A stretch of 64,000 nt of DNA from Sphingomonadaceae bacterium (lineage in GTDB: Bacteria > Pseudomonadota > Alphaproteobacteria > Sphingomonadales > Sphingomonadaceae), in NCBI GenBank assembly GCA_025356175.1, contig JANXUP010000039.1, positions 2,174 through 66,173 on the forward strand, read 5' to 3'. Position numbers and translations under genes: made by a program. Shown here in pieces: positions 29,283 through 38,758 of the stretch. The notes under the pieces were generated by a model, which saw only the letters and a list, made by a program, of their open reading frames with translations, was not told the DNA's origin and searched no databases. The stretch's first letter is position 1, and each line of letters begins with the position of its first letter.

Positions 29283-31139
29283 ATGGGCACAGGTTTGCGA
29301 GCGATAATACGCCGTCTGCCGGGCGGGCGCTGGCTGGCGCTGGCAGCCCTGTTTGTGCTGCTGGCATGCGCCGATTACGGCTGGATCGATGCGACCCGGA
29401 TCATTGATCAGCGCGGCGGCGATCTGCTGCTGGCATTCAACGCGCAGCAGCGGCCGCAGTCAGCCAAGGTGGTGATCGTCGATATCGACCAGAAGTCGCT
29501 CGAAGAGATGAATGACGATGCCGGGTCCTGGCCGTGGCCGCGCTCGGTTCACGGCGAGCTGATCGAGCACATTGCGGCACAAAAACCGCAGGCCATCGTG
29601 TTCGACATTTTGTTCAACGAGCCTGATGTGTTCCGGCCCGAACACGATGCCGCTTTCGCCGAGGCGGTGGCGCAGCATCCCAACGTCTGGCTGGCGATGA
29701 CGCTCAATTCGGACGGAACCGGCGCGGTGGTGAGCGATCTGCCGCCAGCGGTCGGGGCGCAGCCGATCGGAAATCCGAAACCCGGTACCCGGTTACCGAT
29801 CATGTTGCCGCTGGTCGTAGCGCAATATCCCGAAGCGATGCGCGGCGGGCTGATCAATTTTACCCCCGACAGCGATGGAACCGCGCGGCACCACCAGCTT
29901 CGAACCGATCGCGCCGGCTGGCGCTTTCCCTCGCTGGCAGCACGAGTGACCGCTGATGCCGGACGCTCGCTGCCCGATGCCGGCCAGGTCATGCTCAACT
30001 GGCGCAGTGGGTGGCGGCACTTGTCCTATTCGGACCTTTATCTGGATAGCCTGCGCCGCCAATCGCAGCGACCGGCAGACGAGTTCAGGGGCAAGATCGT
30101 GGTAATCGGCACCGCCGCGCCGGGCCTGACCGATTTTCGCGTAACCCCGCTCGGCAACACCTACCCCGGTGTCGAGATCCTCGCCACCGCGCTCGATAAT
30201 CTGGCGCGCGAAGATTGGCTGCGCGAGCTCCGCCGGCCGGGCATGTTGCCGCTTGCCCTGGGCTTGATCGGCCTGCTGGCGCTGGGCTTTACCCGCAATG
30301 TCAGCCCGCAGCGCCTGTTGCTGGCGATGATCGCGGTAACGCTTGCTTCCATCGGAGCGGCCTGGCTGATCCTCGTCAACGGGACTTTCGTGCCGGTATT
30401 TGGCGCGCTCGCATTCGGCTGGGCCTATTACCTGGTCGCAAGCGGTCTTGCCTACCTCGACGAACGCGCCCGGCGGCTGCGCACCGCCAGCCTGTTCACC
30501 CGCTTCCTTGACGCCCGCGTGGTCGCCGAACTGATCGACAAAGGCGAGATCGACTTCCGCCAGCAGGCTGAGACGCGCGAGATTTCGGTGCTGTTCTCGG
30601 ACATCCGCGGGTTCACCGCATTATCCGAAGTGTCCGCGCCGGAAGAGGTGGTTGCGATGCTCAATGACTACTTCTCGCGGCAAGTGGGGGTGATCTTCGC
30701 GCACGGCGGGACGCTCGACAAATTCATCGGGGATGCGATCATGGCGTTCTGGGGAGCGCCAGCCGCGCAGGAGGATCACGCCGCCAGGGCCGTCGGCGCG
30801 GCGCTCGAGATGTCCGAGGCGCTGGAAGAAATGCGCGGGAAGCTCGGCAAAATCGGGGCCGAACTCGAAATCGGGATTGGCATCCATTCAGGCACTGCCG
30901 TCGTCGGGCTGATCGGATCGAATGACCGGCTCGATTATACGGCGATCGGCGATACCGTAAATCTCGCCAGCCGGGTCGAAAGTGCGACCAAGGGAATCGC
31001 CCGGGTGCTGGTAACCGAGGCGACCCGCAATGCCGCTGGCGACGGCTTCGTCTGGCGCGATTGCGGCACGCACCAGGTCAAGGGCCGTGAGGAGGGTGTC
31101 CGCCTCTTTGAACCGTCGCGCAAAGCTGTTACGCTCTGA
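29283..31139 (+). CDS. CHASE2-domain class III adenylate cyclase
   Basis: VDIDQKSL...WPWPR, FDILF, TMs, then FSDIRGFT, DKFIGDAIMAFWG, YTAIGDTVNLASRVE and VKGR. Confidence 0.93.
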   Translation: MGTGLRAIIRRLPGGRWLALAALFVLLACADYGWIDATRIIDQRGGDLLLAFNAQQRPQSAKVVIVDIDQKSLEEMNDDAGSWPWPRSVHGELIEHIAAQKPQAIVFDILFNEPDVFRPEHDAAFAEAVAQHPNVWLAMTLNSDGTGAVVSDLPPAVGAQPIGNPKPGTRLPIMLPLVVAQYPEAMRGGLINFTPDSDGTARHHQLRTDRAGWRFPSLAARVTADAGRSLPDAGQVMLNWRSGWRHLSYSDLYLDSLRRQSQRPADEFRGKIVVIGTAAPGLTDFRVTPLGNTYPGVEILATALDNLAREDWLRELRRPGMLPLALGLIGLLALGFTRNVSPQRLLLAMIAVTLASIGAAWLILVNGTFVPVFGALAFGWAYYLVASGLAYLDERARRLRTASLFTRFLDARVVAELIDKGEIDFRQQAETREISVLFSDIRGFTALSEVSAPEEVVAMLNDYFSRQVGVIFAHGGTLDKFIGDAIMAFWGAPAAQEDHAARAVGAALEMSEALEEMRGKLGKIGAELEIGIGIHSGTAVVGLIGSNDRLDYTAIGDTVNLASRVESATKGIARVLVTEATRNAAGDGFVWRDCGTHQVKGREEGVRLFEPSRKAVTL

Positions 31140-31162
31140 ACTTGCATCGGAGTGTCGAGGTT

Positions 31163-31651
31163 ATGCGAAGTACGCGCGCTATCCTCATCACCGCATTTGC
31201 CCTGCTGTCGTGGACCGCAGCGCGGGCTAATGAACGCGGCATCGTCATCCGTCCGGGAGACCTGTTTGCCGAACCGTACATCGACGCAGCCAAGCTCGGC
31301 CCGCTGACCAGCAATCAACCGGTGACGATCATCGAACGGCGGGGCGGCTGGCTCGCGGTCGAAGTCGGCGGACGGCGCGGGTGGGTGCGGATGCTCAACG
31401 TTCGTCTCGAAGCGGCGGCAGGGCCTGCAGCCAGCACCGCGGCCATGCGCACAGGCAGCACGGGCCGCACTGTCGCCACCGGGGTCAAGGGTCTCGACGA
31501 CATCGATATTCGCAATGCTGCAATCGATCGCGAGCAGCTTAACAAACTTGGCGAGCTATCGGTGAGCGCTTCCGACGCGCGGCAGCATGCCCTTCAGGAC
31601 AACCTCAAGGAGTCCAAGGTGGACTACCTCAAGCCGGGCAAGGTCAAGTGA
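31163..31651 (+). CDS. Secreted bacterial SH3-domain protein
   Basis: Signal peptide, IERRGGWLAV...RGWVRM, followed by ATGVKGL. ATG at 31163. Confidence 0.72.
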   Translation: MRSTRAILITAFALLSWTAARANERGIVIRPGDLFAEPYIDAAKLGPLTSNQPVTIIERRGGWLAVEVGGRRGWVRMLNVRLEAAAGPAASTAAMRTGSTGRTVATGVKGLDDIDIRNAAIDREQLNKLGELSVSASDARQHALQDNLKESKVDYLKPGKVK

Positions 31652-32562
31652 TTCGGTCGCCCCGCCCGCTGTGGTCGTTGATCCTGATCGCCGCGCTCTC
31701 GTCGACCTCCGCTTCGGCGCAGTTCGGCTCGATCGGCAGCATCGTCAACAAGGCCCGCTCGGCGCAGAAGATCGGCGAGGGTCTGCGCAACATCAACGAG
31801 CAGGAGGAGATCAAGATCGGCGGCGATCTGGCAGGGATGCTGCTCGGCGCCGCGCCGCTGCTCAACGATCCGGCCAAGCAGCGCTATCTCAACAGGCTTG
31901 GCGGCTGGCTGGCGCAGCATAGCGAGCGGCCCAAGTTGCCGTGGAAGTTCGGGATTGTCGACAGCAATGACTTCAACGCCTTTTCCACCCCCGGCGGCTA
32001 TGTTCTGATCACCCGCGGCCTGTTCGATCGCATGCGCAATGAGAGCGAGCTGGCCGGAGTCCTTGCCCACGAGATCGCGCATGTCGTGCGCAAGCATCAC
32101 CTTCAGGCATTGCAGAAGAGCCTGCGCGAACAGTCGCTGAGCGAAATGCGGAATTATTTCTCGGTTTCGACCGGCAACGGGCTCGCCGACCGGTTCGCGG
32201 GCGCCCTGCTCAGCGCTGGCAAGGACCTGTATATTCGCGGCCTCGACCGCGAGGACGAGTATGAAGCCGACCGGATGGGGGTTGTCATTGCCGCGCGGTC
32301 AGGGTTTTCTCCTTATGGACTGGTAGGCGTGCTGCAGACCTTGACCGCGACCACCGATCAGCAGGGCTATGGGCTGCACAACCGGACGCATCCGCTGCCG
32401 CTGGACCGCCTGGTGCGGCTCGATGCCGCAATGGGAACGCGCTTCGACAGCACGGCGGGTCTGGTCGACGATGTTCCGGGCTTCGTTGCCTTGCGCAATC
32501 CGCCGCCACCCGCTTCCTCCCCTCCCCGATCGGCCAAGCCGAAACGGTCCAAGGGTAAGTGA
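31648..32562 (+). CDS. M48-family zinc metallopeptidase
   Basis: Signal peptide, NAFSTPGG, ELAGVLAHEIAH, EYEAD and THP motifs. Confidence 0.9.
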   Translation: MIRSPRPLWSLILIAALSSTSASAQFGSIGSIVNKARSAQKIGEGLRNINEQEEIKIGGDLAGMLLGAAPLLNDPAKQRYLNRLGGWLAQHSERPKLPWKFGIVDSNDFNAFSTPGGYVLITRGLFDRMRNESELAGVLAHEIAHVVRKHHLQALQKSLREQSLSEMRNYFSVSTGNGLADRFAGALLSAGKDLYIRGLDREDEYEADRMGVVIAARSGFSPYGLVGVLQTLTATTDQQGYGLHNRTHPLPLDRLVRLDAAMGTRFDSTAGLVDDVPGFVALRNPPPPASSPPRSAKPKRSKGK

Positions 32563-34799
32563 TAAAATTGGGGGGAAAGCGCTTGGGGAGCCGCGGGCCA
32601 GTCCTGGCCGGGATTGTGTTGGCCGCGCTGGTGGCGCTGCTCCACGTCCTGGGTCCGCCCGCGCTCGTCCGGTTCGGACTGCTGCTGTTCGATAGCTACC
32701 AGCGGGCAGCGCCGCGCGCTTACGAGGATGCCCCGGTCAAAGTCGTCGACATCGACGATGAGAGCATTCGCCGCCTGGGCCAATGGCCGTGGCCGCGCTC
32801 CGAAATCGCCAAGTTGACCAACCGGTTGGGCCAGGCCGGAGCTTCGGTAGTAGCTTTCGACGTGGTCTTTTCCGAGCCCGATCGCACTTCGCCCTCGCGC
32901 ATTGCCGAACAACTGGCTCGCGGTGGTGCCGATAGCGCGACGCTCGCGGTGCTGCGCCGCCTGCCCGATCATGACAGCGAACTGGCGCAAAGCTTCGCCG
33001 CCACCCCGGTCGTGCTGGGCTATTTTCTGGTCAACGATTCCGCCGGGCCGCAAGTTGCGACCAAGGCAGGCTTTGCGATCGGCGGGACGCCGCCAAGCCA
33101 AGCAGTACCAAGGTTTCGCAGCGGGATCGAATCGCTGTCTGTACTGAACGCCCAGGCCTCCGGGAGCGGTTCGGTCAGCCTGCCCGCCGATAACGATGGC
33201 ATCCTGAGGTCAGTGCCTCTGCTTGCCCAGCAAGGCGATCAGCTCCTGCCCTCGCTCTCGCTTGAGGCGCTCCGAGTGGCGCAGGGGGCGGGTTCGATCA
33301 TTGTCCGGACCAGCGACGCGAGCGGCGAAATCAGCGGCGCGCCCGGCCGGGTCGTGGCGATCAAGGTCGGGCAGTTCGAGATCCCGACTACCGCTGCCGG
33401 CGGGCTGTGGCTGCATTACACCAAGCCGGTTCCCGCTCGCACGATCCCGGCGTGGAAGATTCTCGACGGGACACTGTCCCCGGCGGAGCTTGAGAGCGCC
33501 GTTTCAGGCCGGATCGTGTTTGTCGGGGCCGGGGCGATCGGCCTGCGCGACCTGATTTCGACCCCGCTCAGGGATCACGAACTGGGCGTGATGGCGCATG
33601 CCGAGGCGGCCGAGCAGGTCATCCTCGGGCACTTCCTGCAGCGGCCCGATTGGGCTCCGGGGCTCGAGCTGGCACTGGTGCTGGCATTGGGAGCGGGGTT
33701 GGCGCTAGTGCTCCCCAGGCTGGGCGCGGCGCGCGGCGCGGGGCTGGTGCTGGCTGCTATCGGTGTGGTGGTTGGCGGAAGCTGGTGGGCCTTTTCGCAC
33801 TGCCGCTACCTGCTCGATCCGACCTATCCGGTCCTCGCGCTGGTGCTGGTCTACAGTGCCCAGACCGTGCTGGTGTTCTACCGCGAAGAACGCCGCCGCG
33901 CCTATATCCATAGCGCGTTCGACCGCTTCCTCTCGCCCGAAATGGTCCGTCGGATCGCCGCCGATCCCGACCGGCTCGAGCTTGGCGGCGAAGAGCGCGA
34001 GATGACGGTGCTGTTCTGCGATGTGCGCAATTTCTCGGGAATATCCGAACATCTCGCCCCAAAACAGGTGATCGGCTTCCTGATCGCGCTGCTGACCCCG
34101 CTGTGCGATGTCCTGCTGGCGCGCAAGGCAACGATCGACAAGTTCATTGGCGATGCGATCGTGGCGTTCTGGAACGCCCCGCTCGACGACCCCGACCAGC
34201 ACCGCAACGCCGCCCGCGCGGCCTTGGAGATGGTGCGCAAGCTCGATGCCCTCAATGCCGGAGAAGGACGCGATCCCGCCGTGGCCTGGCCCGGGCCAGT
34301 GCGGATCGGGATCGGGCTCAATTGCGGGCTCTGCTGCGTTGGCAACATGGGCTCGGCGCAGCGCCTGTCCTATTCGCTGATCGGCGACACGGTCAATCTC
34401 AGCTCGCGGATCGAAGGTCTGACCAAATTTTATGGGGTATCGATCGCGATCGGCAAGGCGCTTCACGGTAAGCTCGCGGAATTTGCGACACTGGAAATGG
34501 ACCTGTTGCGCGTGGTCGGGCGCGACACGCCCGAGCGGGTGTTCGTGTTGCTCGGCGACGAGGAGCTGGCGGGTTCACCCGAATTCGCCGATCTGCGCGA
34601 ACGGCACAATGCAATGCTGGCCGCCTATCGAGCGGCCCAATGGGATGATGCGCGGGCGCAAATGCTCTCTCTGACCAACCACGCCGGGCAATTCGGGCTC
34701 AACAAGCTCTACTCGTTGTACGAAACACGAATCGCGGCGCTGATGGCCGAACCTACGCCCGCAGGCTGGGATGGAATCTACGAAGCCCGCGAAAAGTAG
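32559..34799 (+). CDS. CHASE2-domain class III adenylate cyclase (second)
   Basis: VDIDDESI...GQWPWPR, FDVVFSEPDR, TMs, FCDVRNFS, DKFIGDAIVAFWNAP and YSLIGDTVNLSSRIEG. Confidence 0.93.
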   Translation: MIKLGGKRLGSRGPVLAGIVLAALVALLHVLGPPALVRFGLLLFDSYQRAAPRAYEDAPVKVVDIDDESIRRLGQWPWPRSEIAKLTNRLGQAGASVVAFDVVFSEPDRTSPSRIAEQLARGGADSATLAVLRRLPDHDSELAQSFAATPVVLGYFLVNDSAGPQVATKAGFAIGGTPPSQAVPRFRSGIESLSVLNAQASGSGSVSLPADNDGILRSVPLLAQQGDQLLPSLSLEALRVAQGAGSIIVRTSDASGEISGAPGRVVAIKVGQFEIPTTAAGGLWLHYTKPVPARTIPAWKILDGTLSPAELESAVSGRIVFVGAGAIGLRDLISTPLRDHELGVMAHAEAAEQVILGHFLQRPDWAPGLELALVLALGAGLALVLPRLGAARGAGLVLAAIGVVVGGSWWAFSHCRYLLDPTYPVLALVLVYSAQTVLVFYREERRRAYIHSAFDRFLSPEMVRRIAADPDRLELGGEEREMTVLFCDVRNFSGISEHLAPKQVIGFLIALLTPLCDVLLARKATIDKFIGDAIVAFWNAPLDDPDQHRNAARAALEMVRKLDALNAGEGRDPAVAWPGPVRIGIGLNCGLCCVGNMGSAQRLSYSLIGDTVNLSSRIEGLTKFYGVSIAIGKALHGKLAEFATLEMDLLRVVGRDTPERVFVLLGDEELAGSPEFADLRERHNAMLAAYRAAQWDDARAQMLSLTNHAGQFGLNKLYSLYETRIAALMAEPTPAGWDGIYEAREK

Positions 34800-34808
34800 A
34801 TCGTAGCC

Positions 34809-35714
34809 CTATGGTTTGCCAGGCACTACGCCCGGATCGTTGGGTCGGGGTGTGCTGCCGCCGGTCTTCTTGCCCCCACCATTGATCACGGCGGGTAATA
34901 TGATGAGCGCCCCGCCGAGCAGCGCCTTGCCCAGGCCCCCGCCACCCGACTTCTCGGGGAAGACCTGATCATGCAGGCTGGATAGGCCGCCAGGCGAAAT
35001 GCGAAACGGACCAATCGGCGCGGCCCCGGCACGCGGCACGAACGCTGCTTGCATCGGCTCGGTCAGTTCGACGGTGAACCCGCCCGAAGTGACCGAAGCC
35101 GACCCGACTTCGGCGCCGGGCTCGGTCCCCGCGCCGGGTCCGCGCAAAACCACCAGCGTGGCGGTCTGCTTGTCGGCATCGGCTTCGCGCACCGCTTTGT
35201 CTTCGTGCTTGGCGATATCGCGGGCGCCCTCGCCGACCACGCCTTCAAGAATGGTTCCGCGGATGCCGATGGTCGCAACCGGCGACGATACCGTTGCGCT
35301 GTTGCCGCGATTGGACTGGCCGGACATGAATCGGAATGCTCCGCGCACCACCGTTGCGCCCGAAGTGCGCCCGCGCGACGGATCATAGACGAAGCGGTCT
35401 ATCCGGAGAACCGAATTGGCCCCGATCGTGAAAGTCGAACGATCGAGCAACAACAGTTGCAGTCGGCCGCCTTTGCCGGTCTGGATCAGGTCAGCCAAGG
35501 CAATCCGTTGCCGGACTGCAACGCTCTTGGGCTTGGTTGTCTGGGCGTTGCTCAGTTTGACGTCGCCCACCACCGCAGCCGCAACGCCGACTTGCGCCGA
35601 GCCGCTCTGGGCATTGACCGCCCCCCAGCTCATCAACAACAACGACGCCGCGCCAACAGCAACCAGGCTCCGGCGGGCAAATCGGCCCCCGAGTTTTTCT
35701 GCCGGCTTGTTCAT
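34809..35714 (-). CDS. Secreted FecR-domain protein
   Basis: Signal peptide, D.IQTG...LLLLDRSTFTIGANS.L.ID.F, GAFRF and SPVATIGIRGT. The ATG at 35714 overlaps the upstream stop. Confidence 0.8.
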   Translation of the reverse strand: MNKPAEKLGGRFARRSLVAVGAASLLLMSWGAVNAQSGSAQVGVAAAVVGDVKLSNAQTTKPKSVAVRQRIALADLIQTGKGGRLQLLLLDRSTFTIGANSVLRIDRFVYDPSRGRTSGATVVRGAFRFMSGQSNRGNSATVSSPVATIGIRGTILEGVVGEGARDIAKHEDKAVREADADKQTATLVVLRGPGAGTEPGAEVGSASVTSGGFTVELTEPMQAAFVPRAGAAPIGPFRISPGGLSSLHDQVFPEKSGGGGLGKALLGGALIILPAVINGGGKKTGGSTPRPNDPGVVPGKP

Positions 35715-36112
35715 TTCGTGGCCCCTTGCCGAGACGCTGCCGGTGCCTCGCATGGAGCCCGCGCGGCGGCCCATTCCGGCTTCTTGAAATCCTTGGACTT
35801 CAACCGGGCAAACTCTGCGGCTGCGCCATCCGGATCGTCGATCCTGCAAAGAATACTCGCATGAAGCAGTTGAGCCGGCTTGTTCGCAGGATCGGTCAGC
35901 AAAACGCGCTCAAGTGTTGCCAGTGCATCGAGCAACGCACCCGATCCCGCTTGCAAACGGGCGAGGGCTATTCCGTCAGCGGGCTTGGCGCTGGCCAAAA
36001 TCAACTGATCGAGAGCTTCCAAAGACTGAGCGCTCGCGGGCTGCGGTAGAACAGTCGATGCCACCATTAAAGCGAATGACGCTGACACCCCTCGGTATGC
36101 GTTGCTTGTCAT
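35711..36112 (-). CDS. Small secreted TPR-like protein
   Basis: Signal peptide ending ASA, then ALATLERVLLTDPANKPAQLLHA and two Cys. Coupled to the FecR gene. Confidence 0.6.
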   Translation of the reverse strand: MTSNAYRGVSASFALMVASTVLPQPASAQSLEALDQLILASAKPADGIALARLQAGSGALLDALATLERVLLTDPANKPAQLLHASILCRIDDPDGAAAEFARLKSKDFKKPEWAAARAPCEAPAASRQGATK

Positions 36113-36191
36113 GATCCCGGCACCCCTCGCTGACCATATTTAGCACTGAATGCCTACCACTAACAATAGAGCTAACCAGGGCGGTCGAAAT

Positions 36192-36296
36192 GGCTCTGTC
36201 AGGGCAAATGCACCGACTGGCGGCTGAGGCAGTGACTGGCTAGGGCGCAATGCATGCCACGCCCCCACAAGCCTGCCAGTCCGTTCCGCTATTTCA
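36192..36296 (+). mobile_element. Second IS6-family left-end remnant
   Basis: GGCTCTGTCAGGGCAAATGCACC...TAGGGCGC...ATG(36254) MPRPHKPASPFRYF, after which similarity to the 1858 copy stops abruptly. Confidence 0.8.
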
Positions 36297-36454
36297 GACG
36301 CGCGCCTCTCTCCGCTCCCACCAGCTACAGCCCCGGACGAGATCATTGTCGGGGCAGGCGGTGCCAGGTCAGGCGGTGCGGCAACTTAGGTCGCGGGTCC
36401 GCTGTTCGTTCTGGTTGGCAGCGAAGTCGAATGGTTTTTCCGGGAGTTGCAAGC

Positions 36455-36793
36455 CTACCGTTGTTTTTTGGCTTGGGGCGCGGTGAAGTCCGGATCCTTG
36501 TTCGCCACCCAATCGACAAACTTGCGGACCGCAGGGTTGGCCAGCAGGCCTTCCACGTCCATCCCATAGCGCTGCAATTCAGAGTTGGTGAAGTTTGCGA
36601 TCAACGTTTGTTGGCAAATGGGATGCATCGGCACGACATCGCGCCCGCCCCGGCTTTTGGGAACTGGATGATGCCAGACGATGGTTTTACCCGTCGGGCG
36701 TCCACAGAGCCAGCAGGGCGCAACGGGCGCCAGTTCCTCGACCTCGCCATGCACGTCTTCATATGAACCGTGTTTTGAATGCTTCCGCGCCAT
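36455..36793 (-). CDS. HNH-endonuclease-like small protein
   Basis: CWLCGRP...HHPVPKSRGG...MHPIC. ATG at 36793. Confidence 0.72.
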   Translation of the reverse strand: MARKHSKHGSYEDVHGEVEELAPVAPCWLCGRPTGKTIVWHHPVPKSRGGRDVVPMHPICQQTLIANFTNSELQRYGMDVEGLLANPAVRKFVDWVANKDPDFTAPQAKKQR

Positions 36794-36906
36794 GCACCTG
36801 CCCGAATTTCCCAAGCTGGCGAGTACGCTTAGAGAAGCGCAGGAAGCTTTACCAGATCGCACCCGAACCAGCTGACAAATTTGCTCTGACAATACCGTCG
36901 GGACTG

Positions 36907-37122
36907 TCAGTCGCTCAGCCTGGTGAGCGCCGAGCCCTTGTGCGCGGCGATATGGTCGGTCTTGCTGCTCTTGATCTCATATTGTGGTGAATCGGTGCTC
37001 GCGCGGTGCGTGTGCCCCTTGTAATCGAAATCGCGGGTATGGACCCGGATGATCGTGCCGCTGACGTGACCGGCCTCCGAGTTCCACCCGACCTGATCGC
37101 CCACCTTGAATCGGTCAGTCAT
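36907..37122 (-). CDS. DUF2945 (Tudor-like, HVA1 family) small protein
   Basis: FKVGDQVGWNSEAG...PQYEIKSSKTDHIAAHK. Confidence 0.75.
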   Translation of the reverse strand: MTDRFKVGDQVGWNSEAGHVSGTIIRVHTRDFDYKGHTHRASTDSPQYEIKSSKTDHIAAHKGSALTRLSD

Positions 37123-37190
37123 CTGCGCACTCCAAGCCGTGGGACCTTGCGGCCATTCCCAAGCCGACCTTAAGGCCCCATCTGTAACGC

Positions 37191-37766
37191 GTGAAGACGC
37201 TTGATTCCTTGCTGGCGGAGGTCCGCGCGTGTCGCGCCTGCGCCGACGTCCTGCCGCTGGGACCGCGACCCGTCATCCAGATGGCGGCGACCGCACGCGT
37301 CCTGATCGCCAGCCAGGCACCAGGTACAAAGGTACACGATAGTGGTATTCCCTTTTCTGACGCTTCGGGAGATCACTTGCGAGAATGGATGGGGGTGTCG
37401 GCGGACGAATTCTACGACGAGAGCAGAATTGCGATCATACCAATGGGGCTGTGCTATCCCGGGCGCCTGCCAACCGGTGGTGACGCGCCCCCGCGTCCCG
37501 AATGTGCTCCGCTCTGGCGAGAGCGGCTACTAGCGCAAATGCCTGACCTGCGCCTGACGCTGCTGGTCGGCACTTATGCTCAGACCCATGTGCTCGGGCC
37601 GGGCAAGATGACCGAGCGGGTGATGGGCTTTCGGGATCACCTGCCCACGTTTTTCCCGCTGCCGCATCCGTCGTGGCGTTCGCGGCACTGGGCGACGAAG
37701 AATCCGTGGTTCGGCGCAGACGTGCTGCCCGTGCTCCGCAGCACGGTTCGGGATGCGTTCGCATGA
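37191..37766 (+). CDS. Uracil-DNA glycosylase family protein
   Basis: CRAC, SQAPG, CYPG...PPRPEC, VGTYAQ and LPHPSWR motifs. Confidence 0.88.
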   Translation: MKTLDSLLAEVRACRACADVLPLGPRPVIQMAATARVLIASQAPGTKVHDSGIPFSDASGDHLREWMGVSADEFYDESRIAIIPMGLCYPGRLPTGGDAPPRPECAPLWRERLLAQMPDLRLTLLVGTYAQTHVLGPGKMTERVMGFRDHLPTFFPLPHPSWRSRHWATKNPWFGADVLPVLRSTVRDAFA

Positions 37767-38320
37767 CGCCAGTCGAACGCCTTCCCGTCCATACGATCGG
37801 CCATTCGACACGGAGCATCGTCGAATTCGTCGAGCTGTTGAAAACTGGTAGAGTGGAGATGGTCGTCGATATCCGCAGCACGCCTCGATCGCGGACCAAC
37901 CCGCAATACAACCTCGATACCCTGCCGGAAGCGCTCGCGGCCTGGCAGATCGGCCATACGCGGATCGAGGAACTCGGCGGGCGGCGGAAGAAATCGAAGA
38001 CGGTACCCCCCGAAGTCAACGGCTTCTGGACCAACCAAAGCTTCCACAATTACGCGGACTATGCGTTGTCCGACGAGTTTCGCATCGGCTTGTCACGGCT
38101 GACCGACCTGAGCGGCGGCCGGCGATGCGCGATCATGTGTTCGGAAGCAGTCTGGTGGCGCTGCCACCGGCGGTTCGTCGCCGACTATCTCCTTCATACC
38201 GGGATGGAAGTTTTCCACTTGATGGGGGCCGCGCGGGTCGATCCCGCCAAAATGAACATAGCGGCGCGCGCGGACGGCGCTTCGCTTGTGTATCCCGCGC
38301 TCGAAGTGGCTGGGTTATAG
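37763..38320 (+). CDS. DUF488 family protein
   Basis: TIGHS, VDIRSTPRSR, LGGRR and MCSEAVWWRCHR. The ATG overlaps the UDG stop. Confidence 0.85.
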   Translation: MTPVERLPVHTIGHSTRSIVEFVELLKTGRVEMVVDIRSTPRSRTNPQYNLDTLPEALAAWQIGHTRIEELGGRRKKSKTVPPEVNGFWTNQSFHNYADYALSDEFRIGLSRLTDLSGGRRCAIMCSEAVWWRCHRRFVADYLLHTGMEVFHLMGAARVDPAKMNIAARADGASLVYPALEVAGL

Positions 38321-38758
38321 AGCGGGCAGGCTGTCGTAGAATTCGGCCTTCCTTCCGGATGCAGCCGGGCGGCTCGACGGGACGCGGCCCGGCGCCGGCT
38401 TGGCGCGGGCTTCCGCTTCTGCCAATTTAGCGCGTGAAGGTTCGGAAGCGGGAGGTATCGATGAAGGGCGGCGGCAGAAAACACAGGCCAAGCCCGGCTA
38501 GCGCGGGTTCGATGACCCAATGTTTGCCGTGCATCGTTGTGACTATCGCTGTCTTGCCATCGACCTCGAACGCGCGGTCGACTGCGGTCAGGCCGTGACC
38601 TTGGCAAAGTAGTCCGAACGCATGACTTCGACATCCGAGAGGAAAGTTACGCCAAGAAAAACGGCGACTTATTGTTTTTGATCGCTACAAAGCTGATCGT
38701 AGCTTCACCGATTGACAAAGCCGACGCCCTTTGCATTTTCGGTTATGTGGGACCATTG

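Noticed and set aside
12121-34799. Calling the DUF5706 gene plus the cyclases a bona fide Pycsar defence system
   Set aside because: The genes are about 17 kb apart. The cyclases are membrane CHASE2 enzymes with adenine-specifying Lys and Thr/Ser residues, unlike the adjacent two-gene PycC-effector layout.
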